Source: the human T2T-CHM13v2.0 reference genome, Homo sapiens. From it: a stretch of 64,000 nt of DNA. Positions 13,752-26,189 of the stretch are shown one piece after another. The notes under the pieces were generated by a model. It was given only the letters and a program-made list of their open reading frames with translations. It was not told the DNA's origin and did not search any database. A program made the translations under genes and the position numbers. Location of the stretch: the NCBI RefSeq assembly GCF_009914755.1, contig NC_060936.1, one strand, 5' to 3'. Each line of letters opens with the position of its first letter. Position 1 is the first letter of the stretch.

Positions 13752-14884
13752 GGTGGCCCTTTCACCCGTGACAAGCCATATAGCCAAGATACCCAAGATA
13801 AGTTTCCCTCAAGTTCTCTACATTGTATTCATTTTGCTTGAAAGCAAAATGGAATTTGAGACAGCAATCTAGAGCTACATATGTAGGCCTACTTCTAAAA
13901 GTTTAAAACTAGAACCTCTGCTAGTGTTCAACAATTTATGTGGAACTCGGTAATGCCTTACAGCTTAAAATCAGCCAGTGATGTTCTATCAATAATGGCT
14001 TAAAGATTTAATCCTGCCTCAGCCTGACCTCCAATACTTGGTCCAGATGTAGGATCAGGTCAAAATGCAGCAAAGTGCATTTTCAAGGCCCCACAATTTG
14101 ATTAAGATGTCACCTTGGCCAATGCCTTTGCTGAAACCTGCTGAGCAGTTGCTTTTGCTAAAAGAAGGGAGAGCAGGACCAGATGATGTATGTTTAAGAC
14201 CTTCTGTGCAGTCCTGCCTTTCTAAAATCAGTCACACTTATGAGGCAAAGCTACATTAAGAAACCCACTGAGGTAAAAATCCACCCCCACCCTGGCCACA
14301 GCCTAGCATAATATCATCAAAGCATAGACCTACCCACCCTGCCCACACTGAAAGCCTCTTTATTCCACATGTTCTTTACTTTCACAAATTATATTTCTTA
14401 TTTCTCAATCTTGGGATTCAAGAGGACCAATAAATAGCATACATCTATACTAACCCATTTAAGAAATGAGACAAAGGAGGATGGCAGACAGATATCAAAA
14501 TATCATCTTTTTACTGGTGAAACTGAACTGAAAAATATGACTTACATGTGTGGGCAAATGGGCTTCCTAATTCTGAACCCTAGAACCTAAGACATAGGCT
14601 GAGGTCACCTCGGGCAGTCCTCTCCACATCAACAGGGCAGGACTAGCCTGTATAATCCTTCTGGAGAGAAGCAGAGCATTGCACGCACTTCAGGCGTGGA
14701 GGCACTCTCCTAAGAAGAAGAGAGAAAGAAGCCTAGCCATGCAGGTTCCTTTCCTTATGTCAAACTCACAAATAATTTACTCTTCTTCCTCTGGAAAAGA
14801 AAACATGAGAAGTTGCACTAGTCAATGGTCCTCTAATGGAGCAAAACATCATCATAAGGGTTTAAACTTAACCATAAACAAAAT

Positions 14885-15405
14885 ATTGCTTCCCAATTTT
14901 TCCACTATTAAAAAGTGTTGCAATACAAATCCTTATACTTATCTCCTTATGCAATGTGCAAGAGTATCCTTGGAAATATACCTAGAAGAGGATTTGCTGG
15001 GTCATAGTATATCATAAGGTAAATACTGTTAAATTGCTCTCCACAGTGGTTGAACGAACCAATACTTCCACTGTTAAAATATAAGTTCCCATTGATCTCT
15101 ATCCTTGCCAACGCTTACTGTTGCATGAATTATAAAAAAAAAAAAACAGTCTGCTGGATATAAAATGGTATCTCAATATAAAAATGGCTTTAATTTGTAT
15201 TTCCATTTTCCTGGTAAAGTTGAATTTCTTCTGTGTTTACTTATCATCAATATTTCTTATCATATGATTTCCCCTTTCATTTTTTTGCTTGTATTTCCAT
15301 CATTTTGTTTGACTTCTTACCAATTTATAGTGGGCCTTTTTCTTTCTTTTTAAATTCTGAATGCAAATCTAAGATCAATAATATGTGTTGCAAATCTCTC
15401 TCTTT
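14885..15405 (-). mobile_element. L1ME fragment
   Basis: atatacctagaagaggatttgctgggtcatag, aaattgctctccacagtggttg, atccttgccaac, aaaatggtatctca. Confidence 0.8.
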
Positions 15406-15593
15406 TTTGTATTTTCTGTTTTTCTTCCTATACTCTATTTTAGAATTTGGGGGAGGAGGGTGGTAGGGCGGAGCTGAGATTTATTCTCCTGTTGACTCAT
15501 TCACTCTTTTCCTGTATCTAAACATCTGTTTAATCCATCAATTTTTAAATATCAGCCAGAAGATATTATGGGAAGAAAAAAAGGAAACTTCAA

Positions 15594-15895
15594 GGCCAGG
15601 CATGGTGGCTCACAGCACTTTGGGAGGCCGAGATGAGCAGATCACTTGAGATCAGGAGTTTGAGACCAGCCTGACCAAGATGGTGAAACCCCATCCCTAC
15701 TAAAAATACAAAAATCAGCCGGGTGTGGTGGCACATGCCTGTAATCTCAGCTACTCAGGAGGCTGAGGCAGGAGAATCACTTGATCTCAGGAGGCAGAGG
15801 TTGCAGTGAGCAGAGAGATTGCACCACTGCACTTCAGCCTGGGTGACAGAGTGACTCCATCTCAAAAAAAAACAGAAAATGAAAAAGAAAGAAAG
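15594..15895 (+). mobile_element. AluS (Sx/Sz-like) with a ~12-bp left-arm deletion
   Basis: ggctcacagcactttggg lacks the cgcctgtaatcc segment; TSD-like gaaacttc on both sides. Confidence 0.95.
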
Positions 15896-16534
15896 AAACT
15901 TCGTATCAATCAAGTTTCTTCCTTGGCCATAACCCATAACCTCTGGATCTACTTCTTTCTTTAAATTCTTCCCTCATTTAGCCTCCCCTAACCTCTAATT
16001 CCCCAAAGAATTTGTCTCTGAACCTAACTTATATTATCTATTCTGAAAAGCAAAGTCTTGAAGTTACCTAAACCCTTAGAAGGCAATTTGAGGGCTATTT
16101 TCACATTTCCAAGAAGCATCTCAAAATATTCACTCATCAAAAGGGAGGATTTTGCTGTATGGTGGTCAACAGCACATTGGTCTGGACTTGCCCAGCACCA
16201 CAGGGATTACAGTGCTCAAAGGAGAAAGTCCACAGTAGTTAGGACAAGTTGATTTCCCTATTCTTTTACCAATAATATACGTATTTCAACATAATTAGTC
16301 TACCTGTTTTTTTAGGATAAATTTTTAGATACGGAATGACTAGATCAAAGTGCATTTATTGCTTAAGGATTTTAGCAGGTATTGAAAAAAACAGCTTTCT
16401 AATATAACTGAATCTATTTTTAATCCCATAGGCATTGACAATAGTTTCCAGACATTTTTAATGAGCCAGAATAGCACTGTCAGCAACATCAGAGAACCAG
16501 AGTATATTGGAGACTTCACGTTAACAGATGAGGA

Positions 16535-16680
16535 CACTGAGGACTGTCTTCCATATTTGTAGGACGTTTAGCATCTCTGGCCCATAGGCAGAACCCTCTC
16601 CCTTCACTCCCTACTCACGTGTGCCTCTCATTGTGACCATCTCACAAACATTTCTAGGGGTCAAAAACAATACCTTTCCA
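16535..16680. mobile_element. MER3/MER20-like hAT-Charlie fragment
   Basis: ggactgtcttccatatttgtaggacgtttagcatctctggccc...cattgtgac. Confidence 0.55.
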
Positions 16681-17975
16681 TAAAAAGCACAATGTATATA
16701 GCACCATCTCCAACAATGTAAATACATTTACTTACCAGTTTTTCTGTACCAAACACAGTGTTAGACACTGTAGATCTGAAATAAATTTTAAAAAGTTATT
16801 GCCTTTAAAATTTACTTATTTGGAGGAGACAAACATACAAACAATACTTAAAATATCTATAGCCTTAACTTTAACCTTTCCAAAACCATTATATAGTCTT
16901 AGTACACTGGATAAAAAAAGAATAATATATATTTTTTTCCTCAGTAATAAAATAGAGTATTAGGGTATTTCTCTTCCAATTCCAACTCTCAAATTTGTTA
17001 ATTTCCTAGAAGAAGTGGTTTTGCACTACCGGCAATTATATCCGTTATGAATCCATTTTACAATGAACTTAAATTTTAAAAAGAAATGATTCAAAACTTC
17101 AACATCTATTGTTTCAAAAATCATCTCTATGGTGTTGCTGATAATGTTTCTAATAGTGGGTCATGGGCTTTTTATCAAGTCAGTGGCTTTTATAGTTACG
17201 AAGGCTTGAAGGCTTGTTATAAACCAGAGGAAGCGGGTCAGAGTTCAAATCACTTTTGAAACTAGCCAGAAACCAGGCTTTGTGATGAGCATCTCTGTAG
17301 GTCTAACACATTCACACAGAAGTTGCCAACACAGATTGGAAAAAAAAAAAAATACCCCACAAGAACCAGTGGAGTGGTTAAATCAGAAAAAAATAAAATC
17401 AGCACGTGGGAGGAATGCACATCTTCACACTATTTGAGCTTCACACTATTTGAGTTTTAGACATATTCATCACTGCTTGTCTTTTCTTTTTCCTAAAAGT
17501 GGAAACTCCTGGAAAGCAGAGTTTCCTCAACTTCCCTAGAGCATCTAGCTATGAAATTCATGACCACTAGAGGGGTAAGAGTCAATTGAATATCCTAACT
17601 AGGAGTTGCTGATACTTCCATTTCAACCCCTGTAGTTGGTAATAATTCTAAAACATACTGCTCCCTTCCTGTGAGGAAAAGCCACCTTTCTGTAAACAAT
17701 TGAATCCTTCTTTAATGATTCTGAAGTTTGGTGCCTCAGGGACACCCTCAGAAACAAGTTTCCTTTGCCCCAAACTGTAACTATGGAAAGTGTGGGAGGT
17801 TGGCCTTCTTACACTTAATCCTTTAGTAATAGGTTTTTCTTAAATTTGCTCTTTCTTCCGAAAGAGGAGTACAAAAAAACAAATTGTCTAAGGGCATTAA
17901 GCCATAAACAATTTTAACTAAACATTTCATATGACCCCAAATTGTAAATGTTTATAATATGCTCATTCTGGGCTC

Positions 17976-18106
17976 CTATTTTTAGACCCTATTCAGACCC
18001 TATTTAAATCTGATATTTAGACCCTATTCAGAAATTAGAGTCACAGGCATTAGGCATAAAGGATTAGGTTGTCTGTTCTCAGCCACCAACTTATCTCCTA
18101 ATATGG
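17976..18106. promoter_or_regulatory. Candidate SRF/MEF2/GATA enhancer core
   Basis: MEF2 CTATTTTTAG 17976-17985; GATA CTTATCT 18090-18096 directly abutting CArG CCTAATATGG 18097-18106. Confidence 0.45.
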
Positions 18107-19049
18107 CCAGTTGCTTTGCAAAAGCAAGAGTAGACTCAGCTATGGATGGATTCATACACATCCATCTTTGCTGAAAAAACTAACAGCTCAATGAGCACAT
18201 ACTTCTTGTGCTCTTTTAACATATGAAAGATTCTATTAAATATTTTGCCATCTACCTGGCATGAAGCCATTAGGTAAACCATTCAAATCAACCAACACTT
18301 ATCAAAAACTAACCTGCCACAGCAAATATCTACCATAGATTCTCAGTGAATTTGAGGGAATTGACAAGTAATATCACAAACAGCTCTACAGCCCAACCAG
18401 CTGTACATGCTGGGTGGGATTAAGGAAATGGGGCTAGCCAGTGCCATTGTTTGAGATCAGAAACAACCTCATTGAGTATTTTGAGGAATGCTCCAAGGTC
18501 CCACCAGAGCCATCTTCTCACTTACCTGGTGTGAAAGTCCCACCAATAAAGTTGACTCTCCTGAGACCGTCAATAAAGATGTATTTGTTGAATTTGTTTG
18601 CTTCTCTGTATTTCCCTAACTAGATTAGAAGCTGCTTAATAGCTGCATGAAAGGTATTCATGAGTGTTTGCCTAATTAATTAATAGAATGTATTTGTACC
18701 TGATTATTTCTAGAAGACCTTGTTAAAGTGTTATCTGGAGAGTGAGGGACACCTGAAGGTTCACAGTCTTTCTTTCTTTCTCCCACTGCAGCTTTTGAGC
18801 TCTTGACTCCTCAGAGCCTGAGAATCTCATGGCAGCTGTTCTTTGAATTCATTTCTTCCCTGAGCCCCCAGAACTGACAGATTAACTATTTCTAAAGGTA
18901 GGGAGGAGGGACAGCCATTGGTGGTCAGTTTGGCAGACATAATGTGTGCCTAGAGCGACAGTTTGCTTCTCTTCCCCTTCACCTTTTAGTCTATCATAAA
19001 AGTTTCCAGAATTCTTTAAAATAATGAACAGAGAACCAATCTCCATGAG

Positions 19050-19270
19050 CAAATCATTGAATACGCACCAAGGCTCATTGACATGATTCTTTTCATTTTG
19101 TCATAAACCCTAACAACGACTCAGGAAGGAAGACATTATCTCATTCTACACTGGAGAAGCATAAAGGCTCAAAGGGAAGTTGACTGGCTTACCTAAGTCT
19201 ACCCAGCAGGCAAGTGACAGGGCCAGGCTTTGAACTCAAGACTGTCTGACTCCAAAGTCTTCACGTTTCG
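19050..19270 (-). mobile_element. MIR SINE
   Basis: aggctcaaagggaagttgactggcttacctaagtc...tttgaactcaagactgtctgactccaaag. Confidence 0.75.
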
Positions 19271-19629
19271 TCATTTGGGGCCAATGCCTTGCCTAAGTCT
19301 CACTTTCATCTGTATCTTGAGGATTTCATATTAGATAACTGTGAGTGTTCTTCCCAGTGAACCCTTCAGAATTTGTGTTCCATTATCTCATTTTCCAACA
19401 CTTGAACATCCATTTGACCCATGACAAAATTGAGACCCAGAGAAGTGAACTGACTTGCCTAAATTCAGTGAGCACCTTACAGTAGCCCCTGGCCCAGAGC
19501 CTATGTTCTAACATCCATCCCCAGTCTCTAACATCTGACATCTTTAACCAGGCCTATCGGGCCCTAATCTTTCTGGCTTTTCTAAATGCCATTTTCCTCT
19601 TTATTTTTTACAGTCTGACCATAAAGATT

Positions 19630-20140
19630 GCCTGGTCTACCTATCCTTACCCTCTGTTTCCACCCCCAAACCTTTGACTTGGGATAACACCAACTTATTC
19701 TTTAGGTCTCAGTTCAGATGTCACTTCCTAGGAGTAAGATTTTTTAGCTACCACCTCCTCTACCCCACACATAGGGTTGCCAGATAAGATACAGGAGCCC
19801 AGTTGAATTTGAATTTTGGATAAACAATGAAGAAACTTTTTTATAAATGTGTCCCAAATACTGCATGAAGCATAATTACACTAAATGGTTCATTGTTTAT
19901 CTGAGATTCTAATAAATTGGTGTCCTGTGTTCTTATTTGCTAAGTCTGGCAACTCTAAAACTCTTTCAAATGAGATCTTTTCTTCTTGTTATACACTTTT
20001 AAGAGTACTATGGGCTCCTCTTTCATAACTGTTAATAAAATTATAAGTAATAATTTTTATGATGCTTTGCTTACAGATGGTGTCTGTGCCACTCTAGACT
20101 TGCTCCAAGACTGTGTCTATTTTGTTAACCATCTGATGCA
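19630..20140 (+). mobile_element. L2 3' fragment interrupted by MER53
   Basis: tctttaggtctcagttcagatgtcacttcc before the insertion; ccactctagacttgctcc...tgtgtctattttgtt after it. Confidence 0.65.
19772..19957. mobile_element. MER53 palindromic hAT MITE
   Basis: TIRs tagggttgccaga...tctggcaactcta; inner arms gataaacaatgaa / ttcattgtttatc; central gtcccaaatactgcat. Confidence 0.85.
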
Positions 20141-20325
20141 GAAAGAAGGAAGAAATAGAGAGAGAAGGAAAGAAGAAAGAAAGAAAAAGAAAGGAAGAAA
20201 TAGAGAAGCAAGAAGAAAGAAAGAAAAAGAAAGAAATCAAAAGAAAGAAAGAACAAAGAGAAAAGGAAGGAAAGAAGGAAGGAAGGGAGGGAGGGAGAGG
20301 GGAGGGGAGGGGAGGGGAGAGAGGA
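20141..20325. repeat. Purine-rich (GAAA/GGAA/GGAGG) low-complexity tract
   Basis: Direct read. Confidence 0.9.
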
Positions 20326-20562
20326 AAATAAGAGTTATCTCAGTTTTCTCCTTGGTTAGTGAGAGTTCACATTGACATGTGTGTAACTTATCATGATAGC
20401 AACAGGCATTTTAGGCTCATTTAACTAGAACCCAGGCACTGCTCATATGTACAATAGCTTCATTCCTTTTTCATTCTTTTTCTCTCCTTCCTTTACTTAC
20501 CCCAGCATCTATTGATGTTCTGGAAATGCCTTTATTTTTAAGAGAGAAACGATGAGTTTTGG

Positions 20563-21325
20563 TATTGGGAGACAGTGCTCCACAAATATTTTCATGTTTC
20601 CTCATGGTCAGAGCTTTATGAACAAACAACACTGAACAAAGAACATTTGACTGAATATCAAATGTTTTAGTCCATTTGGGATGCTATAAGAAAGTACCAT
20701 AGACTGGGTAGCTTACAAACAATAGAAATTTATTTCTCACAGTTCTGTGTGCTGAGTCCAAGATCAAGGCGCCAGCATATTCAGTGTCTGGTTAGGGCAT
20801 CTGCTTTCTGGTTCATAGATGGTGCCTTCTCACTGTGTCCTCACATGGTGGCAGGGTAAAAAAGCTCCTTCAGGTCCTTTTATAAAGACTCTAATCCCAT
20901 TCATGAGGCCTCCACCTTCATCCTCTAATCACCTCCCAAAGGCCCCACTTTCTAATACTGTCACTTTAGGATTAGGATTTCAGCGCATGAATTTTGAGGA
21001 TACACACATATTTGGACCATAGTATGAAACCTAAAGATAGAGACCTCAGGATTTTTCTGTCCCTGAAACCGTTTGTTTACAGTCTAGGGTGGCAAAATAA
21101 AAACCCTCCCCTCTTCTCCACAAAAATATTTTTTTTTCCATTCAAGAGTAAAGTATTTATTTCTTCCTCTTTCCAGAAGAAAACATGGATGGATGTCCCA
21201 TAAACTTCCAAACTTTATAACTTCAGGGTTCCTCTTCTCCTGTAGAGCCAACGCCACTGCACATGCAGTGACATCAAGCCCTCATTGTGTTGCTTTGTGA
21301 GAACGTGGCATGCAAAACTTGGTCA
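20563..21325 (+). mobile_element. ERV1 LTR (MER89/MER90-like), split by MLT1A0
   Basis: Starts tattgggagacagtgctcca; resumes aaagatagaga...cttcagggttcctcttctcctgtag...ccactgcacatgcag. Confidence 0.6.
20663..21024 (-). mobile_element. MLT1A/MLT1A0 MaLR solo LTR
   Basis: tagtccatttgg...gaaatttatttctcacagttct...gtccaagatcaagg...ctaatcacctcccaaaggcccc; flanks tcaaa/tgaaa. Confidence 0.88.
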
Positions 21326-22759
21326 GATATAAAGTTATATATATATTACACACCTCACACATGTGTGCATGCACACACACACATAAATATATATACATAA
21401 GCATATATACATATTGTGGAGGGCTAACTTTGTAGCTTGCAAATACAGTAATATCTCAGATCTTTCACAGTTTGGACTTAGCATTTTCAGTGTACTTGCT
21501 TGGAGGAAAGAGGAATAGGTAGCGTGAACTAGTGTGGTTATGTTTTCTATTCAGATACTTTGAGGTCAGAGGTCACACACCAAACTAAACTGCCCAAAGG
21601 AAGCATTGTGAGACATTGGGCACATGTAGGGCAGTGTCTTCCAGGCTCAGGTTCAGGCAATACATTTATCATTGAGCAGCAAAGGATGATATTCTCCTTA
21701 TTTCTGCACAAAAGCCAGACCATTCTGGTTTCTCAAAACAGAACAATTATGGCACATTTGAATATAGCATGTTTGAAAAAGCTGTTTTTTTCCAGCCTTT
21801 TACAGAAAGACCAGGGTTGTATAAAGACTAGGGGTCCTGCCTGCTGCTTGCAAATTTCTGGCAGCCCTGACTTCCCTGGCTTCTGACCTGCCACTTGTCC
21901 ATGAATTTTCTCTCACTCCTGAGTCCCTCTCGGTGATTACTGCCTTTGGATTTTGGTTCCCTTTGACTTTACTTCTCCTGGGGCTATGGATTCTTTAGTG
22001 TTCTCTCCTTGGCTTTAAGTACTGCATTCTACCACTACCTCCATTCCAATGCTACACCCTACTTCCACCCCATGCAGAGTGCAGTGCCCTGGGCCTTGGC
22101 CTGTCTAGTAGGAGGCACTAGACAGAAATTACTAAGTGAGATTGTGTGTCTGGCTAGCAGTGCCTTGCTAGGTGACCAAGGCCAAGTCACTTACCTATCT
22201 GAGGTTCAATTGTCTCATTTATTTAATCCAGCCTCAGGAACTGGATTAAACCATCAATAAAGAGGCCATTGTTATGCCTCAGACAAATGATGATGGGTTT
22301 GCCAAAACAAATGCAGCTACGGTCACTTCAATACACAACAAACCAAGCTGCATCATGAGCTATTAGACTCTCACTTACACTGGGAAAGAGGGAGATTCCA
22401 GGAGAGTGAAGAAGAAAAATAATAGCAGAGAGAAGAGTTAAGTGCACCAAGAAAGAACATCAATGTTTCAAACCACATCTTGAGCTGTCCATTTTTTCTC
22501 AATAGTTTCCCTTAGGCCAATCACCAACTTGCCTTGGGAAGTGAATTGGCTCCATGGCAACAAGAAAAATGATACCTGAGGAAAATTTTGCAAAGCTAAA
22601 CCCAAGAGAAACAATGCCAAGCAAACATTAAATATTTTCAAAAGCATTTTATTCTGCCCATGGTAATTTCCTGAGTATATATTGCAAGATCAATGCCCTC
22701 TATGACTCCTCTGAATACCCTCCTCACTGTGTTCCATTGTAGAAGGATCTTAAGTCATA

Positions 22760-23020
22760 CAGACCCCAAAACTCTGTTCTACAGAACATCAACATCTACA
22801 AAAACAGTTTAGTATATAATTCCATGGGTGGGGAAAGGATTATGTGATAATAGATGCTGAAAAACGCTAAAGTTTTTGGGATTCACAATGCACCTTAGCC
22901 CGCTAAAGAATCTGAAAAGACTTTCAGGGAAAAACTTGTATAACTTATCTGGGTTCCGTATATGCTACTAGATCCCTAGAACTCTTCCATTTCACAGGAA
23001 CATATATTTTGAGAAATTTT
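22760..23020. mobile_element. Old hAT-Charlie MITE (MER112/113/117-like)
   Basis: attcacaatgcaccttagc...aaagaatctgaaaag; ends catatattttgagaaa. Confidence 0.45.
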
Positions 23021-23032
23021 ATTGTGGATGCT

Positions 23033-23473
23033 ATATTAATTTTCTAAGGTTGCTTTAACAAATTAGCAACAATTGGGTGGCTCAAAACAACAGATATTTA
23101 TTCTGTCACAGTTCCAGAGGCCAGAAGTCTCAAACCAAGGTGTTGGCAAGTGCACACTCCTTCCAAACACTAGGAAGGAATCCATTCCTTGCTTCTTCCA
23201 GCTTCTGATGGCCCCAGGGGCTCCTTGGCTTGTGGCTGCACCATTCAAACTTCTGCCTACATGGTCACATTGCATCCTCCTCTTCTGTTTCTCTCCACTT
23301 ATCAGAATACATGCGATTGCATCTAGGGCCCTCTCAGACAATCCAGGATAAGCTCCTTGTCTCCATATCCATTTAAGGTCATATTTCTTCTTAACATGTA
23401 AGGTTATATTCACAGGTTCCAGGAATTAGGGTGCAGACGTATGTTTTCAGTGACCACCATTTAACACACTACA
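23033..23473 (-). mobile_element. MLT1C-like MaLR solo LTR
   Basis: ggtggctcaaaacaacagatatttattctgtcacagttccagaggccagaagtc, cttccagcttctg, tattcacaggttccaggaattagg. Confidence 0.88.
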
Positions 23474-23509
23474 CATGTTAATTGATAAACATCAAAGTAT
23501 AACTTCAAC

Positions 23510-24030
23510 TTGATTCAATTTAATTCTACTCAGCCATCATCTGATGAGCCTATAGTATGTGCCAAGCACTGTCTTAGGCCAGATCATAAAATGATTCAAA
23601 GCCTAATTATTACCCATAAGCAATTTACATCCCAATAGAGGAAATGGACATGACAGTGAACTAATACCATGCAGAGTGATAGGTGCTTATAAAGTTATAA
23701 TCAAAGCAGAACTGAGGAAGGGATTACTTCTTCCTAGGGAAGTAGGGAGAGCTTTCCAGAGGAGGAGATCATTCCGTTGAGATTTGAAGAATGAGTAACA
23801 GTTCCCCAGGCAGAGCACCAAGGGAATTTCAGGTGGAGGAAACACCATGGTCAAACATACAGATCATGGTGATAGAAGAAACTTGTGAAGATAAAATGAA
23901 AAAATGCATGCAAAGCTACTAACACAATACTTGGCACTCAGCAACGTTACCTGTTTTTCCTAAACTAAAGAGGGTAGAAGCAGGAGATGAGGCTGAAGTC
24001 TTAGGCAGGCACCAGACTGCTCTAAACTTA
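23510..24030 (-). mobile_element. L2 fragment
   Basis: tatgtgccaagcactgtcttagg, ttgagatttgaagaatgagta, ttcaggtggaggaaacaccatg. Confidence 0.75.
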
Positions 24031-24639
24031 GTTTGGTGTATTTGTGTCTTTATGTGTATCCGTATGAACATGGACAGGGCCATAGAGAGGAACTTAGAGA
24101 AGGTTCCATAAGAATGGGGTTTAGAAAATTACGTATGCGAATAGAAATAAAAACCAGTAAACTTCAGCCAATAGACATTTTGGAAGAAAAAGAATGGATT
24201 TAGTCAATAGCTAGATGGTTGGTTGACTGAATTTATTCATTAAAGCAAACAAACACACACGCACAATAGTTAGTCTGCAGATACTTCCACAGTAATTGGG
24301 GAGCAGTTGCATCACTTACATGGGACTTAATTTTTTTGGTCATGCCTCAGTATATGCTCTCAAAAGCCTCATGGAGCAGTGCTACGCCCAGTGTTGAGAG
24401 CCTGGCACTCAAATGGCACTTTAGAATGCTTGTTTCTAGTAATAGTCTCCACCTTGATGAATGGCCTTATTTTAATGACATTGGTATGTTGGCTGGGATG
24501 GAACTGGAGCTGGGTCTGCCAACCTCTGTTGCCAGTGAGACATTTCTCACCTGGTAACCATCATTTGCAAGGGCCTGGAGTTCATGAAGCTAAATTTTGA
24601 TAGAAACAACTGAGTTTTCCCATGAGTCCTTGGGTGACC

Positions 24640-24945
24640 TTTTAGGTCTCAGCTCAAATTTCATTTCCTCAGAGATCTCCATTCCATCTAAAATAGCCCC
24701 ACTCTGAGTGCAGTTTATCTTTACTACTGCACTCTGTGCTTTACCCAAACTACACCTATCACAGTCTACAATATCCGGTTCATTCATGTTTTCATGTGTT
24801 TATTTTTACTTTCTCATCTACTAGAATGTAAATTCTGAGGCCAGTACCTCCTCTGTCTTGTTCAACTTTATAGTCCCTACACATAGAATGGGACCTGGCA
24901 TAGTTGTTGGTCAATAAATATTCCTCAAATAAATGAGTGAATGAA
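24640..24945 (+). mobile_element. L2a 3' end
   Basis: aggtctcagctcaaat...cctcagaga, ctagaatgtaaattctgagg, cctggcatag...caataaata...aaatgagtgaatgaa. Confidence 0.85.
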
Positions 24946-26189
24946 GACTGGAATCAGGGAATAATTAAACCGAAAAGGGGTCAGAATGGATGCTATAGGA
25001 AATAAAAGGTAATGAAATATTCCCTTTTAGGAATTGGATCAACCACTTCAGAATAAGTAACATAGCACAGAAAAAAATTAGATGTAAATGGTCATTCATA
25101 GAATGGGCTCTCACTTGAACTTTTTGAAGGAGTTCCCACAATAACTTTACCTTTGACATTTAACAATTGTCCATATTCTGTTTGTGAGGAATGTTTTGTA
25201 CAGGGAAGAGCCAGACTGGATCCTCAAAATCTGATCTTCATGATGCAAACAAACTTCTGGGGGCATTTTTCTAAAAAATAAAAGAAAGAGTTCATCTTAC
25301 TTTTATAGATAGAGATTAAACAGTATTGCTTGATTAAACAGTATTAAGATAGAGATTAAACAGTATTGCTTGACTCCCATAAATAAATGCAAATCATACT
25401 TACTGAAACTGAAAAAGAGTAAGTTCTAAATTGATTATTTAACTAAGATATTAGGAAGCAGTGAGTATTTCAAAACATGTCCCAAGTTTCTGACGTAGAG
25501 GAATTAGCCTCTAGGAGCCTGACATTTTATGAGTGACTGCGTTAACCTAAGTGACAATTGAAGATCATGGAGCTGCACAGAGGGAGAAGAAAAATAATGG
25601 CACAACTTGCCCTCAGGAAAGTAATTTATTCCAAGAACAATTCTAGAAGATTATACTTAAAATATGCTGTGGCTATCCCAAACATGAGATGGTAGATAAT
25701 TACAGGCAGTAAAGATTAACCAAAAGTAAAGTCATACAAGATGGACGTCATTTCTACTTTTATGAGAGTTGCTTGTATCTCTCCTCATATTGTGACTTTA
25801 AGCCTCTGAACTTGACCCTGTCTTCTGGGATTATGCCTAAAGATTGGGTCCTTGGCCAAGCAAGGCAGGCTTGAGACAATTACACCAGAAGGTCAAGCTT
25901 CTTTCATAGGAATTTAGCAAGGCTTTAACCACTTCTCATGAATAGTTTTAGGCAAAATTAAGGCATGTAGGTTGTTGGATTCATTTCTTTGAATAAATCC
26001 ACTCAGCAAAATATTAAGTAATATATTAGGTGTCAAAACGTTGGAGAGATCTGTACTACAGAACCTCAGCTTTCTGAACTTGACCCCCTTCTATCCAGTA
26101 TGTTTAATGAACATATAAATGAAGACACAGACAGCGTGTGTACCAATCTTGCAGACACCAGAAAACTAGAGTACCTTCTCAGGTATTAA

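Noticed and set aside
19986-20375. 129-aa Lys/Arg/Glu-rich ORF
   Set aside because: Translation of L2 plus a stop-free purine tract
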